A stretch of DNA of 64,000 bases from an uncultured Bacteroides sp. Its GTDB lineage: Bacteria > Bacteroidota > Bacteroidia > Bacteroidales > SM23-62. A program made the translations under genes and the position numbers. Below are positions 38,761-49,395 of this stretch, one piece after another. Location: assembly GCA_964431315.1 (NCBI GenBank), contig CAYSJH010000020.1, positions 1,226 through 65,225 of the forward strand. The letters are read 5' to 3'. The notes beneath the pieces are model-generated. The model did not search any database, was not told the origin of the DNA, and saw only the letters and a list, made by a program, of their open reading frames with translations. Position 1 is the stretch's first letter. The number at the start of each line of letters is the position of its first letter.

Positions 38761-39249
38761 TTAAAGGTTCCTTTTCAGATGGACCATCTTAAGGGCTGTG
38801 ATGGCAGCCTCATCTCCCTTGTTGCCGTGTTTACCTCCCGCGCGATCCCTGGCCTGCTGGATGTTATCCGTGGTGAGCACACCAAATACGAAAGGCTGCC
38901 CGTATTTCAGGTTCAGCCGGGCAATTCCCTGTGTGACCCCCTGGCAGATGTAGTCGAAATGCCGGGTTTCTCCCTGGATAACACAGCCCAGGCAAATGAC
39001 GGCATCCGGTTTACGCGATTCAGCCATCAGTTGTGCGCCGAGCGGGAGTTCAAAGCTGCCGGGAACATGTTCGACCCGGATGTCCTCTTCCGAGACGCCG
39101 TGCCTCAGAAGGGTCCTGATGGCCCCTTCCTTCAGGGCATCGGTTATTTCATGGTTCCATTCGGAGACCACGATGCCGATCTTCATTCCTTTGCCGGAGG
39201 GCACGGCATCCGGATCGTAGTCGGAAAGATTCTTTAAGCTTGTAGCCAT
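38761..39249 (-). CDS. ribH: 6,7-dimethyl-8-ribityllumazine synthase
   Basis: Lumazine synthase pattern ([26 protein letters not shown]). Confidence 0.9.
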   Translation of the reverse strand: MATSLKNLSDYDPDAVPSGKGMKIGIVVSEWNHEITDALKEGAIRTLLRHGVSEEDIRVEHVPGSFELPLGAQLMAESRKPDAVICLGCVIQGETRHFDYICQGVTQGIARLNLKYGQPFVFGVLTTDNIQQARDRAGGKHGNKGDEAAITALKMVHLKRNL

Positions 39250-39252
39250 AGG

Positions 39253-39936
39253 CTAGGACTGCATCCTGCTGCGGGTGATGTATTTCTCGATGTTGTTGCT
39301 CCTGGAATACTCGGGATATTCCCTGCGGACCTTTTCATAAGTCTCCAGGGCGTCCTTGTACCTGCCAAGGTTCTCATAGACCAGGCCCGCCTTCATGAGA
39401 TACATTGGTGCGGTGAATTTGTTATCTGACAAGCCGGCAGCCCTGAGGTAATAATCGAGTCCCGTTTCGGTTTCACCCAGTTCCACATAGGCATCCCCGA
39501 TGGCACCGGTGGCGATGGGCGCGACCATCTTATCCTTTGATTTGAATTTCTTTAGGTGTTCAATGGCATCCTCGTACTGCCCGGTCTTGAGGAAGGATAT
39601 GCCCGCGTAGTAGTGTGCGAGGTTACTGGCCTTGGTAAGGCCGTAATCATCAATGATCTGAAGGAACCCCGAATAGTTGCCGTCTCCGTACAGGGCCAGG
39701 TTAAAGGAATCCCTCTCGAAATACTGCTCCGCAACGAACATCTGGCCGTGGGCCTCTTCTTCAAGCGGATTCAGATAGAATCTTTTGACCCCGATAAAGA
39801 TCGCAACGACTGCCAGCACAATGGTGATCGCACGGACGATCCATTTCTGGTTGTCCTCGATGAATTGTTCGGTCCTTGTCAATGCACCTTCAACGCCTTC
39901 CAATCCAGTGTCCGAACCTTGCTTCTTCTTTGCCAT
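39253..39936 (-). CDS. single-pass membrane TPR-repeat protein
   Basis: From ATG 39936 (MAKKKQGSD...), one TM (WIVRAITIVLAVVAIFIGV) followed by TPR-like helices. The track start at 40086 overlaps the recF start and is unlikely. Confidence 0.7.
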   Translation of the reverse strand: MAKKKQGSDTGLEGVEGALTRTEQFIEDNQKWIVRAITIVLAVVAIFIGVKRFYLNPLEEEAHGQMFVAEQYFERDSFNLALYGDGNYSGFLQIIDDYGLTKASNLAHYYAGISFLKTGQYEDAIEHLKKFKSKDKMVAPIATGAIGDAYVELGETETGLDYYLRAAGLSDNKFTAPMYLMKAGLVYENLGRYKDALETYEKVRREYPEYSRSNNIEKYITRSRMQS

Positions 39937-40051
39937 AGTGATAAAAATAAGGAGTTCCTTAAAAAACAACGCAAATGTAATTGTTTTGACTGAATAAAAA
40001 AACGATGGAATCCCTTCAGTTTTCCTATTTTTGTCCAGAAACTGAATCCAG

Positions 40052-41158
40052 ATGTATCTGTCCCGCATTTCCCTTATAAATTTCAAGAATTACGACCAGC
40101 TTGAACTCTCTTTCAGCCGCAAAATCAACTGTTTTGTCGGAGATAACGGGACGGGCAAGACCAACCTCCTGGATGCGATCTATTACCTTTCCATGACCAA
40201 GAGTTATTTCAATTCGGTTGATACCCAGAACATCCGGCATGGTGAAGAGCATTTCCTGATCCAGGGCGAATACCTGAGAGAGGATTTGCCGGAAAAGATC
40301 CATTGCGGCGTCCAGAAAGGCAGGGCAAAACAGTTCAGGCGCAACAGGAAGGATTATTCCAGGCTTTCAGAACACATCGGCCTGATCCCGGTCGTCATGA
40401 TCTCCCCGGCCGACAGCAGCCTTATCTCCGAAGGCAGCGATGAGCGAAGGAAATTCATGAATGCCGTGATCTCCCAGTTCGATCCCGAATACCTGGAAAG
40501 CCTGATGCGTTATAACCGGGCACTTTCCCAAAGGAATGTGCTGCTGAAGGATTTCCACCGCCGTGGAAGCTTTCAGCCGGAGTTGCTAGAAATCTGGGAT
40601 GAGCAGATGATCGGCAACGGAAACTACATACACCGCAAACGCCTGGAGTTTGTGAGGGACCTTGTCCCCATATTCCAGGATTATTACAATTCGGTTTCCG
40701 AGGGAAGGGAACGGATCGGGCTGGAATATTATTCACAGCTGACCGGGAAGGATTTCGGTACCCTCCTGAAAGAACACGGTCAGAAAGACAGGATCCTGCA
40801 GTATTCCACCGCCGGCATCCACAAGGATGACCTGGAAATGAGCCTGTCGGGATATCCCATAAAGCGGATAGGCAGCCAGGGCCAGCAGAAGACCTTTCTC
40901 GTCGCACTCAAACTGGCCAAATTCGATTTTATAAAGAAGGTGAATGGCTTCCAGCCGATATTATTGCTTGATGATGTTTTCGACAAGTTCGATGCCCGCA
41001 GGGTGCGCCAGATCATCCGGCTGGTGGCAGAGCACCAGTTCGGACAGATATTCATTACGGATACTAACCAGGCACGTATCAAGGAGGTTCTGAAAGACCT
41101 GGCAATCGATTACAAACTATTCCTTGTAGAACCGGATGGCGTGAAGGAGCAAACCTGA
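40052..41158 (+). CDS. recF: DNA replication/repair protein RecF
   Basis: MYLSRISLINFKNY..., Walker A GDNGTGKTNLLDAI, signature SQGQQKT, Walker B LLLDDV. Confidence 0.93.
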   Translation: MYLSRISLINFKNYDQLELSFSRKINCFVGDNGTGKTNLLDAIYYLSMTKSYFNSVDTQNIRHGEEHFLIQGEYLREDLPEKIHCGVQKGRAKQFRRNRKDYSRLSEHIGLIPVVMISPADSSLISEGSDERRKFMNAVISQFDPEYLESLMRYNRALSQRNVLLKDFHRRGSFQPELLEIWDEQMIGNGNYIHRKRLEFVRDLVPIFQDYYNSVSEGRERIGLEYYSQLTGKDFGTLLKEHGQKDRILQYSTAGIHKDDLEMSLSGYPIKRIGSQGQQKTFLVALKLAKFDFIKKVNGFQPILLLDDVFDKFDARRVRQIIRLVAEHQFGQIFITDTNQARIKEVLKDLAIDYKLFLVEPDGVKEQT

Positions 41159-41164
41159 TCCAGC

Positions 41165-41455
41165 ATGGAAAGAAGCAAAACGCAGAGCATCGCGGAGGCG
41201 ATCCGCGCATACCTTAAGGAGTCAAAGCTCGAGAAGCCATTGAAGGAAAGGCAGCTGGTCTCGTCCTGGGAATCCCTGCTTGGCCGGTCAGTGGCCCGTG
41301 CGACCAGTAAGATCTACCTGAAGGATGGAAAACTGTTCGTCCACCTGAGCTCATCAGTGGTTAAGAATGAACTTTATATGCTTCAGGATGAGATCATCAG
41401 GAAGCTGAACGAAGCTGCAGGCGAGCAGCTGGTCACCGCTATCGTGTTCCGCTGA
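41165..41455 (+). CDS. DUF721 domain protein (RecF-associated)
   Basis: 96 aa immediately downstream of recF, the typical Bacteroidota arrangement. Confidence 0.7.
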   Translation: MERSKTQSIAEAIRAYLKESKLEKPLKERQLVSSWESLLGRSVARATSKIYLKDGKLFVHLSSSVVKNELYMLQDEIIRKLNEAAGEQLVTAIVFR

Positions 41456-41473
41456 TCCGGGGTAAAAAGGGAC

Positions 41474-41902
41474 TTACATGCAGTCGGTGCGTTCACTCTT
41501 GGCAAAAAAGAAATCCGTTTCAATGATCGCATTTTCATCGCTGTCTGAACCGTGGACGGCGTTCATCTCGACCGATTCAGCATATTTTTTGCGTATGGTG
41601 CCTTCCTCTGCATTTTCAGGATTCGTGGCGCCGATAAGTTTACGGTAATCTTCAACGGCATTGTCCTTCTGGAGGATGGCTGCTATGACGGGACCGGAGG
41701 ACATGAATTCCACCAGGCTCTCGTAAAATGGTTTGCTGCGGTGAATGGTATAAAATGTTTCTGCCTGCCGGGTACTCATCTTGGTGAGTTTAATGGCGAG
41801 GATCCTGAACCCGGCTTCGTTGATCATATTTAAAATGGGACCCGTATAACCCTTGCGAAATGCCCCGGGCTTGATTATGGTCAATGTGATATTACCTGCC
41901 AT
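41474..41902 (-). CDS. ndk: nucleoside-diphosphate kinase
   Basis: NAVHGSDS active-site motif and Ndk-length protein. Confidence 0.9.
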   Translation of the reverse strand: MAGNITLTIIKPGAFRKGYTGPILNMINEAGFRILAIKLTKMSTRQAETFYTIHRSKPFYESLVEFMSSGPVIAAILQKDNAVEDYRKLIGATNPENAEEGTIRKKYAESVEMNAVHGSDSDENAIIETDFFFAKSERTDCM

Positions 41903-41996
41903 GTTTGTTCGTTTTATTAATTACGGCCCGCGAATATAGCATTTTCCTGTGTAAAAAATATAAATTTGTTCCCTGATGTAAGATACCCATACCGGG

Positions 41997-43028
41997 ATGA
42001 TTCAAAAACCAGCGTCAGCTATATATTCCAAACTCAGGAAGGTCCTTGAGGCACCCCTCCGGGTGGTCCTGCTCACCCATATAAACCCGGACGGTGACGC
42101 CATCGGGTCTATGCTCGGATTATACTGGTTTCTCAGGCAGAGAGGCTGTACGGTTAACATGGCCGTACCCAATGAAATCCCCCAGTTCCTTGCATGGATG
42201 AACGGCGCCGAACAGATACTTGACTTCAGGGGACAGAAACAGCAGGTCAGGGAGGAACTGGAAAGGGCCGACCTTGTTTTTTGCCTGGATTTCAATGAAC
42301 CCGACAGGCTCGGGGGAATCCGTGAGATCCTTGAAAATACGGACGTTCTGAAGATTATGATCGATCATCATCCTCACCCCACCGAATTTACAGACCACTT
42401 GATCTCAGAAACCTCCGTTAGCTCCACTGCAGAGCTGGTGTACCGGATGATGAAGGAACTCGACGACAGGGATTCGGTTGATAGGACCATTGCAGAATGC
42501 CTTTTTGTTGGCATCATGACCGATACCGGCTGTTTCAGTTTCAACAGCTCGGAACCGGAAACCTTCATACTGGTTTCCGAATTACTGGAAAGAGGGATAG
42601 ACAAAGACCGGATCCACAGCCTGGTCTACGATAATTATTCCGAGGAAAGGATGCGTTTGCTCGGATACAGCCTGCAAAAGAAAATGGTTGTGCTCCCCGA
42701 GCACCGGACCGCCTATATTTATCTTGACCGCAACGAGATGGAAAAGCATAATCACCTCTCGGGTGATACGGAGGGATTTGTGAATTACCCCTTTTCCATA
42801 AAAGGCATCCGGGTGACGGCCCTTTTCCTTGAGAAAAAGGACCATGTGAAGATCTCGTTCCGCTCCAAGGGCGATTTTCCCATTAACCGCTTCGCGGGGA
42901 AATACTTTAACGGTGGGGGACACGACAATGCCGCAGGTGGTGAATCGACACAGAGCCTGGAAGCGACCATCAGGAGATTTGAAACCCTTATTGCAGACCA
43001 CAGCGATGAAATCAACCGCCTGCCTTAG
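41997..43028 (+). CDS. nrnA: DHH-family phosphoesterase (NrnA-like oligoribonuclease/pAp phosphatase)
   Basis: HINPDGDAIGS, IDHHPH (DHH), and GGGHDNAAGG (the DHHA1 GGGH motif). Confidence 0.8.
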   Translation: MIQKPASAIYSKLRKVLEAPLRVVLLTHINPDGDAIGSMLGLYWFLRQRGCTVNMAVPNEIPQFLAWMNGAEQILDFRGQKQQVREELERADLVFCLDFNEPDRLGGIREILENTDVLKIMIDHHPHPTEFTDHLISETSVSSTAELVYRMMKELDDRDSVDRTIAECLFVGIMTDTGCFSFNSSEPETFILVSELLERGIDKDRIHSLVYDNYSEERMRLLGYSLQKKMVVLPEHRTAYIYLDRNEMEKHNHLSGDTEGFVNYPFSIKGIRVTALFLEKKDHVKISFRSKGDFPINRFAGKYFNGGGHDNAAGGESTQSLEATIRRFETLIADHSDEINRLP

Positions 43029-43029
43029 G

Positions 43030-43560
43030 ATGACCAGGATGATTGCAATATTGTCCGTTGCTGTCCCCCTGCTCTCCTCCTGCATGAGTGCACCGGAAAA
43101 GAACAATCCTCCTCCCAGAACGGCTGGAGAGGAGAAGGAAATGCTTCTGCGTGTGAACAAGTTCCTTGTAAAAAAAGATGTTGAATTGATAAAAAGCTAT
43201 GCCACACGACGTGGCTGGGATATGCAGGTGACCGAAACCGGACTGTTCTACGAGATTTACGATCATACCGAAGGCGAACAGGCACAAAAGGGCATGAGGA
43301 TCCGGATCGGTTACCGGGTCAGCCTCCTTGACGGGACCCTCTGTTATTCATCCGAGAAGGACGGGGAGAAGGAATTCATGCTCGGGAAGAGCCATGAGAT
43401 TTCCGGACTCGAGCAGGGAGTGGAAATGATGAGGGAAGGGGAAAAAGCAAGGTTCATCATCCCGCCTCATCTTGCTTATGGATTACTGGGCGACGAGAAA
43501 CGGATCCCTGCACGTTCGATTATTGTCTACGAAGTTGAATTACTGAAAACGATGGATTAA
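43030..43560 (+). CDS. FKBP-type peptidyl-prolyl cis-trans isomerase, lipoprotein
   Basis: ATG 43030 lies just after the nrnA-like stop. Lipobox-like LLSSC. FKBP C-terminus (PPHLAYG...IVYEVELL). Confidence 0.8.
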   Translation: MTRMIAILSVAVPLLSSCMSAPEKNNPPPRTAGEEKEMLLRVNKFLVKKDVELIKSYATRRGWDMQVTETGLFYEIYDHTEGEQAQKGMRIRIGYRVSLLDGTLCYSSEKDGEKEFMLGKSHEISGLEQGVEMMREGEKARFIIPPHLAYGLLGDEKRIPARSIIVYEVELLKTMD

Positions 43561-43620
43561 ACGCAACCATTGACCCGCGCTCAACGTCTACATTAAATGG
43601 TATTTATATTGGATTGAAAA

Positions 43621-44547
43621 ATGGAAAGGCTGAATTTATTAAAATCTGCTGCCGTCCTGATTACGGCTGCCATCCTGTTCCCGGGCTGTAACAAGGACAA
43701 TGACCAGGAGCTCAGGGACCAGGAAATGCAACTTCTGCAAAAATATATCGAGGAAAACAACATAACCCAGGAACCCACGGCTTCCGGATTGTATTACATC
43801 CCGATTGAGGAAGGAACCGGGGGCCAGGTAGGGCCGGATTTCTACGTGGATTTTGACTTTAAAGTTGAATTGCTCGATGGCACACTCCTTTTCACAAGCG
43901 ATAAGGATCTGGCAACGGAACACAACCTCTACAACGCCAGTGTCTTCTACGGTCCCGTTCGTGTTCTTGTTGGTTATACAATTGTACCGGGACTGAACGA
44001 GGGATTGTTGTTCATGAAGGAAGGAGGATGGGCAAGAATGATCATGCCCTCAAGCATCAACGGTTACGGAGGATTAGAGTACGGACTTTCACCCGCATAT
44101 TCCACCCACATCTGGACCATTCACCTGATCCATGCCTTTAACGACCCGGAGAGCTTTGAGAACGAACAGATCAGCCAGTACCTCACCGAACATGGCATTA
44201 CGGACCCGTTCATCACAGCGTCCGGGTTATATTACATCGAGAGCCTGGCCGGTGAAGGAGACCTCATCAAAGACGGCGATGTCGCGAAAGTCTGGTATAC
44301 CGGATCCTTCCTTGATGGAAGGGTTTTCGCTTCAAATGCAGGTGAACAGTCCATGTCGGTAACCCTTCCTGCCATCGGCTATATTCCGGGCTGGGGAGAG
44401 GCGATCAAGCTGATGCGCAAAGGCGCCAAGGCGAAGGTCATCATGCCCTATGACCTGGCCTACGGGGAATCAGGGAAAGAAATAATCCCCCCTTACATGA
44501 CCCTTGTCTACGACATGGAGATTGAAAATGTTGACACCGGCAACTGA
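43621..44547 (+). CDS. FKBP-type peptidyl-prolyl isomerase with two FKBP-like domains, lipoprotein
   Basis: Lipobox LFPGC. C-terminal FKBP domain (VWYTGSFLDGRVF...IPGWGEAI...PYDLAYG). Confidence 0.8.
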   Translation: MERLNLLKSAAVLITAAILFPGCNKDNDQELRDQEMQLLQKYIEENNITQEPTASGLYYIPIEEGTGGQVGPDFYVDFDFKVELLDGTLLFTSDKDLATEHNLYNASVFYGPVRVLVGYTIVPGLNEGLLFMKEGGWARMIMPSSINGYGGLEYGLSPAYSTHIWTIHLIHAFNDPESFENEQISQYLTEHGITDPFITASGLYYIESLAGEGDLIKDGDVAKVWYTGSFLDGRVFASNAGEQSMSVTLPAIGYIPGWGEAIKLMRKGAKAKVIMPYDLAYGESGKEIIPPYMTLVYDMEIENVDTGN

Positions 44548-44555
44548 ACCGGCCC

Positions 44556-45284
44556 CTACTGGGAATTAAGCTGCTGGATGTTGCCGTTTAACAGGAATAC
44601 TGCAGGCCGTTTGTGAAGCAGCGGGACTTCCCTCCTCCATTCACGAATGGCTTTTGTTTTTATAAATTCCGTATCCAGGCTGATGTCCGCTGCCACACAC
44701 AGCATGGTCTCCTCCCTGCATTGGCTCAGTAAATCCTCCAGCAGTTTCATGTTCCGGTACGGGGTCTCCATGAATATCTGGGTTTCCCCGGTTTCAAGGG
44801 CGGCATTCTCGATCTGCCGGATCCGGCCGAGCCTCTGGAGCGGTTTTACAGGCAGGTAACCGTGAAACCGGAAGGATTGACCGTTCATCCCCGAAGCCAT
44901 TAGCGCCATAAGGATGGAAGATGGTCCCGACAGAGGAATCACCTGTACCCCGTTTGAATGGGCCAGCGCCACCAGGTTTGCACCCGGATCAGCGACCGCA
45001 GGCATCCCCGCCTCGGAGAGGATGCCCATGGACTTCCCTTTCCTGAGAACTTCGAGTATTTCCTCGAGATCCCCGTCCCTGCTGTGTTCATTGAGCAGGT
45101 AAAAATGAAGGCTGTCGAAGTCGGCCGTAACTCCGGCCTTTCTGAGATACCTTCTGGCTGAACGCAGGTCCTCCACGATGAAGTGCTCAAGTCCCCTGAG
45201 TATCCCGAGTGCACGGGAGGGGATGACATCCTGAACCGGTGAGTCCCCCAGTGTCACCGGAATAAGGTATAGTTTAGCCGGCAT
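44556..45284 (-). CDS. SAM-dependent methyltransferase, tetrapyrrole-methylase fold (RsmI-like)
   Basis: LYLIPVTLGD N-terminus and the SEAGMPAVADPG motif typical of the TP-methylase/RsmI fold. Confidence 0.7.
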   Translation of the reverse strand: MPAKLYLIPVTLGDSPVQDVIPSRALGILRGLEHFIVEDLRSARRYLRKAGVTADFDSLHFYLLNEHSRDGDLEEILEVLRKGKSMGILSEAGMPAVADPGANLVALAHSNGVQVIPLSGPSSILMALMASGMNGQSFRFHGYLPVKPLQRLGRIRQIENAALETGETQIFMETPYRNMKLLEDLLSQCREETMLCVAADISLDTEFIKTKAIREWRREVPLLHKRPAVFLLNGNIQQLNSQ

Positions 45285-45372
45285 CAGACTTAAGCAAGTT
45301 TTATTGTAAATTTACCTTTTTGATCGCAACAATTCTGACTTTACGATTAATTTCATCCTTCTTTATCACAGC

Positions 45373-46134
45373 ATGAAGATAACCTTTTTGGGAACGGGAA
45401 CATCACAGGGGGTACCGGTTATCGCCTGCAAGTGCAGCATATGCCGGTCGGAGGACCCGAGAGACAACAGGCTGCGGTCGTCCGTCCTGGTCGAAGACGA
45501 CGGGAATACCATTCTCATTGATACGGGACCGGATTTCAGGCAGCAGATGCTGCGGGCATCCGTTGAAAGCCTGGATGCGATTTTGTATACCCATGAGCAC
45601 AGGGATCATATAGCGGGACTTGACGATGTCCGTGCCTATAATTTCATCCAGAACAAACCCATGGAAATCTTCGGTGAGGAGCGTGTCCTTCGGGCACTGC
45701 AGCACACATTCCCCTACATCTTCGCCGAGCGGAAGTATCCCGGCATCCCGCAGGTCAATTTTCATACCATTGATAATCAGCCATTCACGGTGGGGAAAAC
45801 CAGGATCATTCCTCTTCGTGTGCTCCATTACAGGCTGCCTGTCCTCGGATTCCGGATCGGCGATTTTGCCTATGTCACGGACGCCAATTACATCGCTCCC
45901 GAAGAGATTGACAAGATCCGCGGGATCAGGCATTTTGTCATCTGTGCCCTGCGCAGGAGGAAACACATCTCGCACTTTAACCTGGAACAGGCGCTCGAGG
46001 TCATCCGGGAGGTGCAGCCGGAGAAGGCCTGGCTCACCCATATTTCACACATGATGGGGAGCAGCAGGGAAATGGAAGCAGAGCTTCCGGAGAACGTCAG
46101 CATGGCATGGGATATGCTCAGGCTGGAGATCTGA
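45373..46134 (+). CDS. MBL-fold metallo-hydrolase
   Basis: HxHxDH motif (YTHEHRDHIAGL) and N-terminal FLGTGTSQGVP. Confidence 0.8.
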   Translation: MKITFLGTGTSQGVPVIACKCSICRSEDPRDNRLRSSVLVEDDGNTILIDTGPDFRQQMLRASVESLDAILYTHEHRDHIAGLDDVRAYNFIQNKPMEIFGEERVLRALQHTFPYIFAERKYPGIPQVNFHTIDNQPFTVGKTRIIPLRVLHYRLPVLGFRIGDFAYVTDANYIAPEEIDKIRGIRHFVICALRRRKHISHFNLEQALEVIREVQPEKAWLTHISHMMGSSREMEAELPENVSMAWDMLRLEI

Positions 46135-46151
46135 CCGGTTCTGGGATATGT

Positions 46152-47342
46152 TCAGCCCTGGAGGTTTGAAGGGGGAGGGTTTTTCCTGAACAGCAAGGCA
46201 AACGGAAGGGCAAATGCCAGGAAGAAAATACCCCCGAACAGAAGGGCTGCCGGCAGGCCTTTATGGTCGGTGATCATTCCCATGGCCGGACCAACCAGCA
46301 CAAAGCAAAGGCGGATCACAAAGTTCCGGACCGACAGTACAGTGGCCCTTACCGAGGAATCGGTCAGGCGGTTGATGTAATCTTTCAGGACCGGTGTGGC
46401 AATCCCGCGGACGATATAAAACAGGAATAATACTGCAAGGCCCGGCAGGGAACCAATGCCGCCAAGGGCAAGGAACCCGGCGGGGATCAGGAGCGAAAGT
46501 GCCAGGACCGTCCGTCTCGGTCCCAGCCGGTTTTCCACCCGGTACGCTGTCATTGCCGCCAGTCCAACTGTTAGGTTGAGCAGGGTCCAGAGCAATCCGT
46601 AAAGGGACAGGGGAAGTCCGACGTGGCTGAAATAGGGCTGTGCAAACCAGGCCATGGTGAGCGTGGCTGTTCCGATCACGGCGGAAAGGAAGATGTTGGT
46701 CCGGAGTTCGGGATTGATGAACAGGGAATTCCTGACCACATCCAGGATGGTCCGGAAGGTATATGATTTTAACCTGCGGTGGTGTTCCGGTTCCACCAGG
46801 AGGATGGCAGCAGGAATCGCCAGGAATGCGATCCCGGTCTGGACGTAAAAATTTGCCCTGAGGCCAACCAGTGCTATGAAACCGCCGACAATCCCGGCAC
46901 TTGCCTCGGCGATGTTCCCCAGGGAAACCATCCGGCCCTCGTATTTTATGTATTCTTTTTCTTTCCTGATGTCGAGTAGCGAATCGTACAGAAGGGCGGA
47001 ATCGGCCCCGGAGATGAAACTCTCTCCGAACCCGAGTACGAGCTCTGCCATCAGAAATCCCAGGAACCCGTAAGAAAAGCTGTAGATGCAGAAACCCACC
47101 GTCCCGAGTACGGCACCCAGCATCAGGGTCCGCCGCCGCCCGATCACGTCTGCAAGATAGCCGGAGGGGATCTCAAGGGCTACAATGGAGACCGAATACA
47201 CCGCCTGCAGGATCATGACCTGGTGCATATCCAGGTTATTGGAGTTGTAAAAAGGCACGATGTAGGGCATAAAGAGCATGAACCACTTGGAAGCCTTGAT
47301 TAGGTAGAGTTTCCAAATGTTGGATCGGATGGTGTGTCTCAT
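46152..47342 (-). CDS. MFS transporter
   Basis: About 12 hydrophobic helices and the MFS loop motif GYLADVIGRRRTL. ATG 47342 is preferred over 47381. Confidence 0.8.
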   Translation of the reverse strand: MRHTIRSNIWKLYLIKASKWFMLFMPYIVPFYNSNNLDMHQVMILQAVYSVSIVALEIPSGYLADVIGRRRTLMLGAVLGTVGFCIYSFSYGFLGFLMAELVLGFGESFISGADSALLYDSLLDIRKEKEYIKYEGRMVSLGNIAEASAGIVGGFIALVGLRANFYVQTGIAFLAIPAAILLVEPEHHRRLKSYTFRTILDVVRNSLFINPELRTNIFLSAVIGTATLTMAWFAQPYFSHVGLPLSLYGLLWTLLNLTVGLAAMTAYRVENRLGPRRTVLALSLLIPAGFLALGGIGSLPGLAVLFLFYIVRGIATPVLKDYINRLTDSSVRATVLSVRNFVIRLCFVLVGPAMGMITDHKGLPAALLFGGIFFLAFALPFALLFRKNPPPSNLQG

Positions 47343-47418
47343 GGCCGTTGCAAGGAAGTTTAAAAATAGCAAATAATACATTTTATAACCGACCGGCTGC
47401 GATTTGACCGAATCCTCT

Positions 47419-47426
47419 TATTTTTG
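47419..47426 (+). promoter_or_regulatory. candidate -7 promoter box TATTTTTG (TAnnTTTG)
   Basis: About 30 nt upstream of the ATG at 47456. Confidence 0.4.
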
Positions 47427-47455
47427 TATCAGGCGAATGCTAAAAAGAATTCATT

Positions 47456-49369
47456 ATGGGGATGACCATCATTGAAAAAATCCTGTCTAACCACAGCAAT
47501 GTGAAAACGATCAAGCCCGGCGACATCCTGGATGTTGAGATTGACGTCCGTGTCGCCAGGGATTTCGGGGGGGCCAACGTCGTAAGGAACATACAGGAAC
47601 ACCGGCTCGGGATCGATGACCCGGAACGGACCTTCTTCACCTTCGACTGCAATCCCGGGGGTTCGGACCAGAAATATGCGGGCAACCAGCAAATCTGCCG
47701 CATCTTTGCCAGGGAACACGGCATTAAGGTCTATGATATTAACCGTGGCATAGGAACGCATCTCCTGATTGAAGAGGGACTCGTTTACCCGGGGGCAACG
47801 GCGGTTTCTACCGACTCCCATGCCAACATCCTGGGAGCCATCTGTGCCTTCGGCCAGGGTATGGGCGATAAGGACATCGCCGCCGCCTGGAGCTCGGGGA
47901 AGACCTGGTTCAAGGTGCCGGAGACGGTCAGGCTTACAATCCGGGGCCGGATCCCGAAAAAAGTCAGCGCCAAGGATATGGTGCTGAACCTGCTCGCACG
48001 TTTTGGTGCAAACACCTTCCTGGGGAAAGCCATCGAATTGTACGGCGACGATGTTGACGCCCTTTCCCTTGACAACCGCATCACCATAGCCTCGATGGCC
48101 ACCGAGCTGGGAGCGGTCACCATCCTGATTTCCCCGAACAATGAGGTAATCCGGTACTGCGAATCCAGGATCTGCAGGAAGATCGATCCGGTATCCCCTG
48201 ACCCCGATGCTGTTTATTCTGAGGAGATTGAGCTCGAAGCAGGTGAATTTGTAACAATGGTCTCAAGGCCAGGTAAACCCCATGATGCAGTCCCCCTCGA
48301 CGCGATCAAGGGCACCCGCATCGATTCCGCATTAATTGGCAGTTGCACCAACGGGAGGATGGAGGATATGAGGGCCGCCGCGGACATCCTGAAGGACCAT
48401 AAGGTTGCCGATGGAGTGGTTCTCAAGATTGTCCCCTGTACCGACAGGATATGGAACCAGTGCCTTGAAGAGGGACTCCTTGAGATATTCAAGGATGCCG
48501 GGGCCCTGGTGTCAAATGCAGGCTGTGCGGGATGTGCCGAGGGACAGGTGGGACAGAACGGTCCCGGGGAAGTCACCATAAGCACCGGGAACCGTAATTT
48601 CCCGGGCAAGCAGGGCCGGGGTGATGTCTACCTTTCCTCGCCGGAAATTGTTGCAGCTTCTGCCGTTGCAGGATTTATAACCTCTCCTGACCTGATTCCG
48701 GCAGGCATGATCGAGGATCATCTCACGGAGGTTGAAAACTGGTTTGAAGATGGACAGGATGCCGGGCCGGGCAGTGGTAGCAGCAACGGAAGTGGCGGAA
48801 GCAAAAGCAGTGGCAAGGGTAAGAGCGGCAGCAGGAGATCCCCGGCTGCAGGACCGGCAACGGAAAAGAAGGTCCCCGGTTCACGACCCACGGAATTTTC
48901 GGGCAGGGTCTGGTACATCCGGCAGGACGATATTGATACGGACATGATTTATCATAACAGTCACCTTACCATTACGGATATCGGGGAAATGGGCAAATAT
49001 GCACTGGGGAACCTGAAAAGTTATGAATCCTTTGCCGAAAAGGCCGGAAAGGGAGACATCCTGGTAGCGGGCAGGAATTTCGGTGCCGGCAGTTCCAGGC
49101 AGCAGGCGGTGGACTGTTTCATATCCCTGGGCATTTCATGCATTGTAGCTGAATCCTTCGGATCGATCTATGAGCGTAATGCCATTAATGCCGCCTTTCC
49201 GATCCTGGTCACGGGCGGGATAGCGAAACTGGGACTGCAGGACGGTGACCGGGTATATGTCAACGTCAAAACCGGTGAGATCCGGAATGAAAGGAACGGA
49301 AATGCAGTAAAAGCTACTCCGTTTTCAGGGGTGCAGATGGAAATCTACCAGAAAGGCGGATTATTATAG
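47456..49369 (+). CDS. aconitase-family dehydratase, fused large (LeuC/HacA-like) and small (LeuD/HacB-like) subunits, paralog 1
   Basis: Large-subunit motifs (STDSHANILG, GSCTNGRMED, GCAGCAEG). A Gly/Ser/Lys linker of about 50 aa. Small-subunit motif (AGRNFGAGSSRQQA). Confidence 0.8.
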   Translation: MGMTIIEKILSNHSNVKTIKPGDILDVEIDVRVARDFGGANVVRNIQEHRLGIDDPERTFFTFDCNPGGSDQKYAGNQQICRIFAREHGIKVYDINRGIGTHLLIEEGLVYPGATAVSTDSHANILGAICAFGQGMGDKDIAAAWSSGKTWFKVPETVRLTIRGRIPKKVSAKDMVLNLLARFGANTFLGKAIELYGDDVDALSLDNRITIASMATELGAVTILISPNNEVIRYCESRICRKIDPVSPDPDAVYSEEIELEAGEFVTMVSRPGKPHDAVPLDAIKGTRIDSALIGSCTNGRMEDMRAAADILKDHKVADGVVLKIVPCTDRIWNQCLEEGLLEIFKDAGALVSNAGCAGCAEGQVGQNGPGEVTISTGNRNFPGKQGRGDVYLSSPEIVAASAVAGFITSPDLIPAGMIEDHLTEVENWFEDGQDAGPGSGSSNGSGGSKSSGKGKSGSRRSPAAGPATEKKVPGSRPTEFSGRVWYIRQDDIDTDMIYHNSHLTITDIGEMGKYALGNLKSYESFAEKAGKGDILVAGRNFGAGSSRQQAVDCFISLGISCIVAESFGSIYERNAINAAFPILVTGGIAKLGLQDGDRVYVNVKTGEIRNERNGNAVKATPFSGVQMEIYQKGGLL

Positions 49370-49395
49370 GCACGAATCCGAATGGGAGAAACATT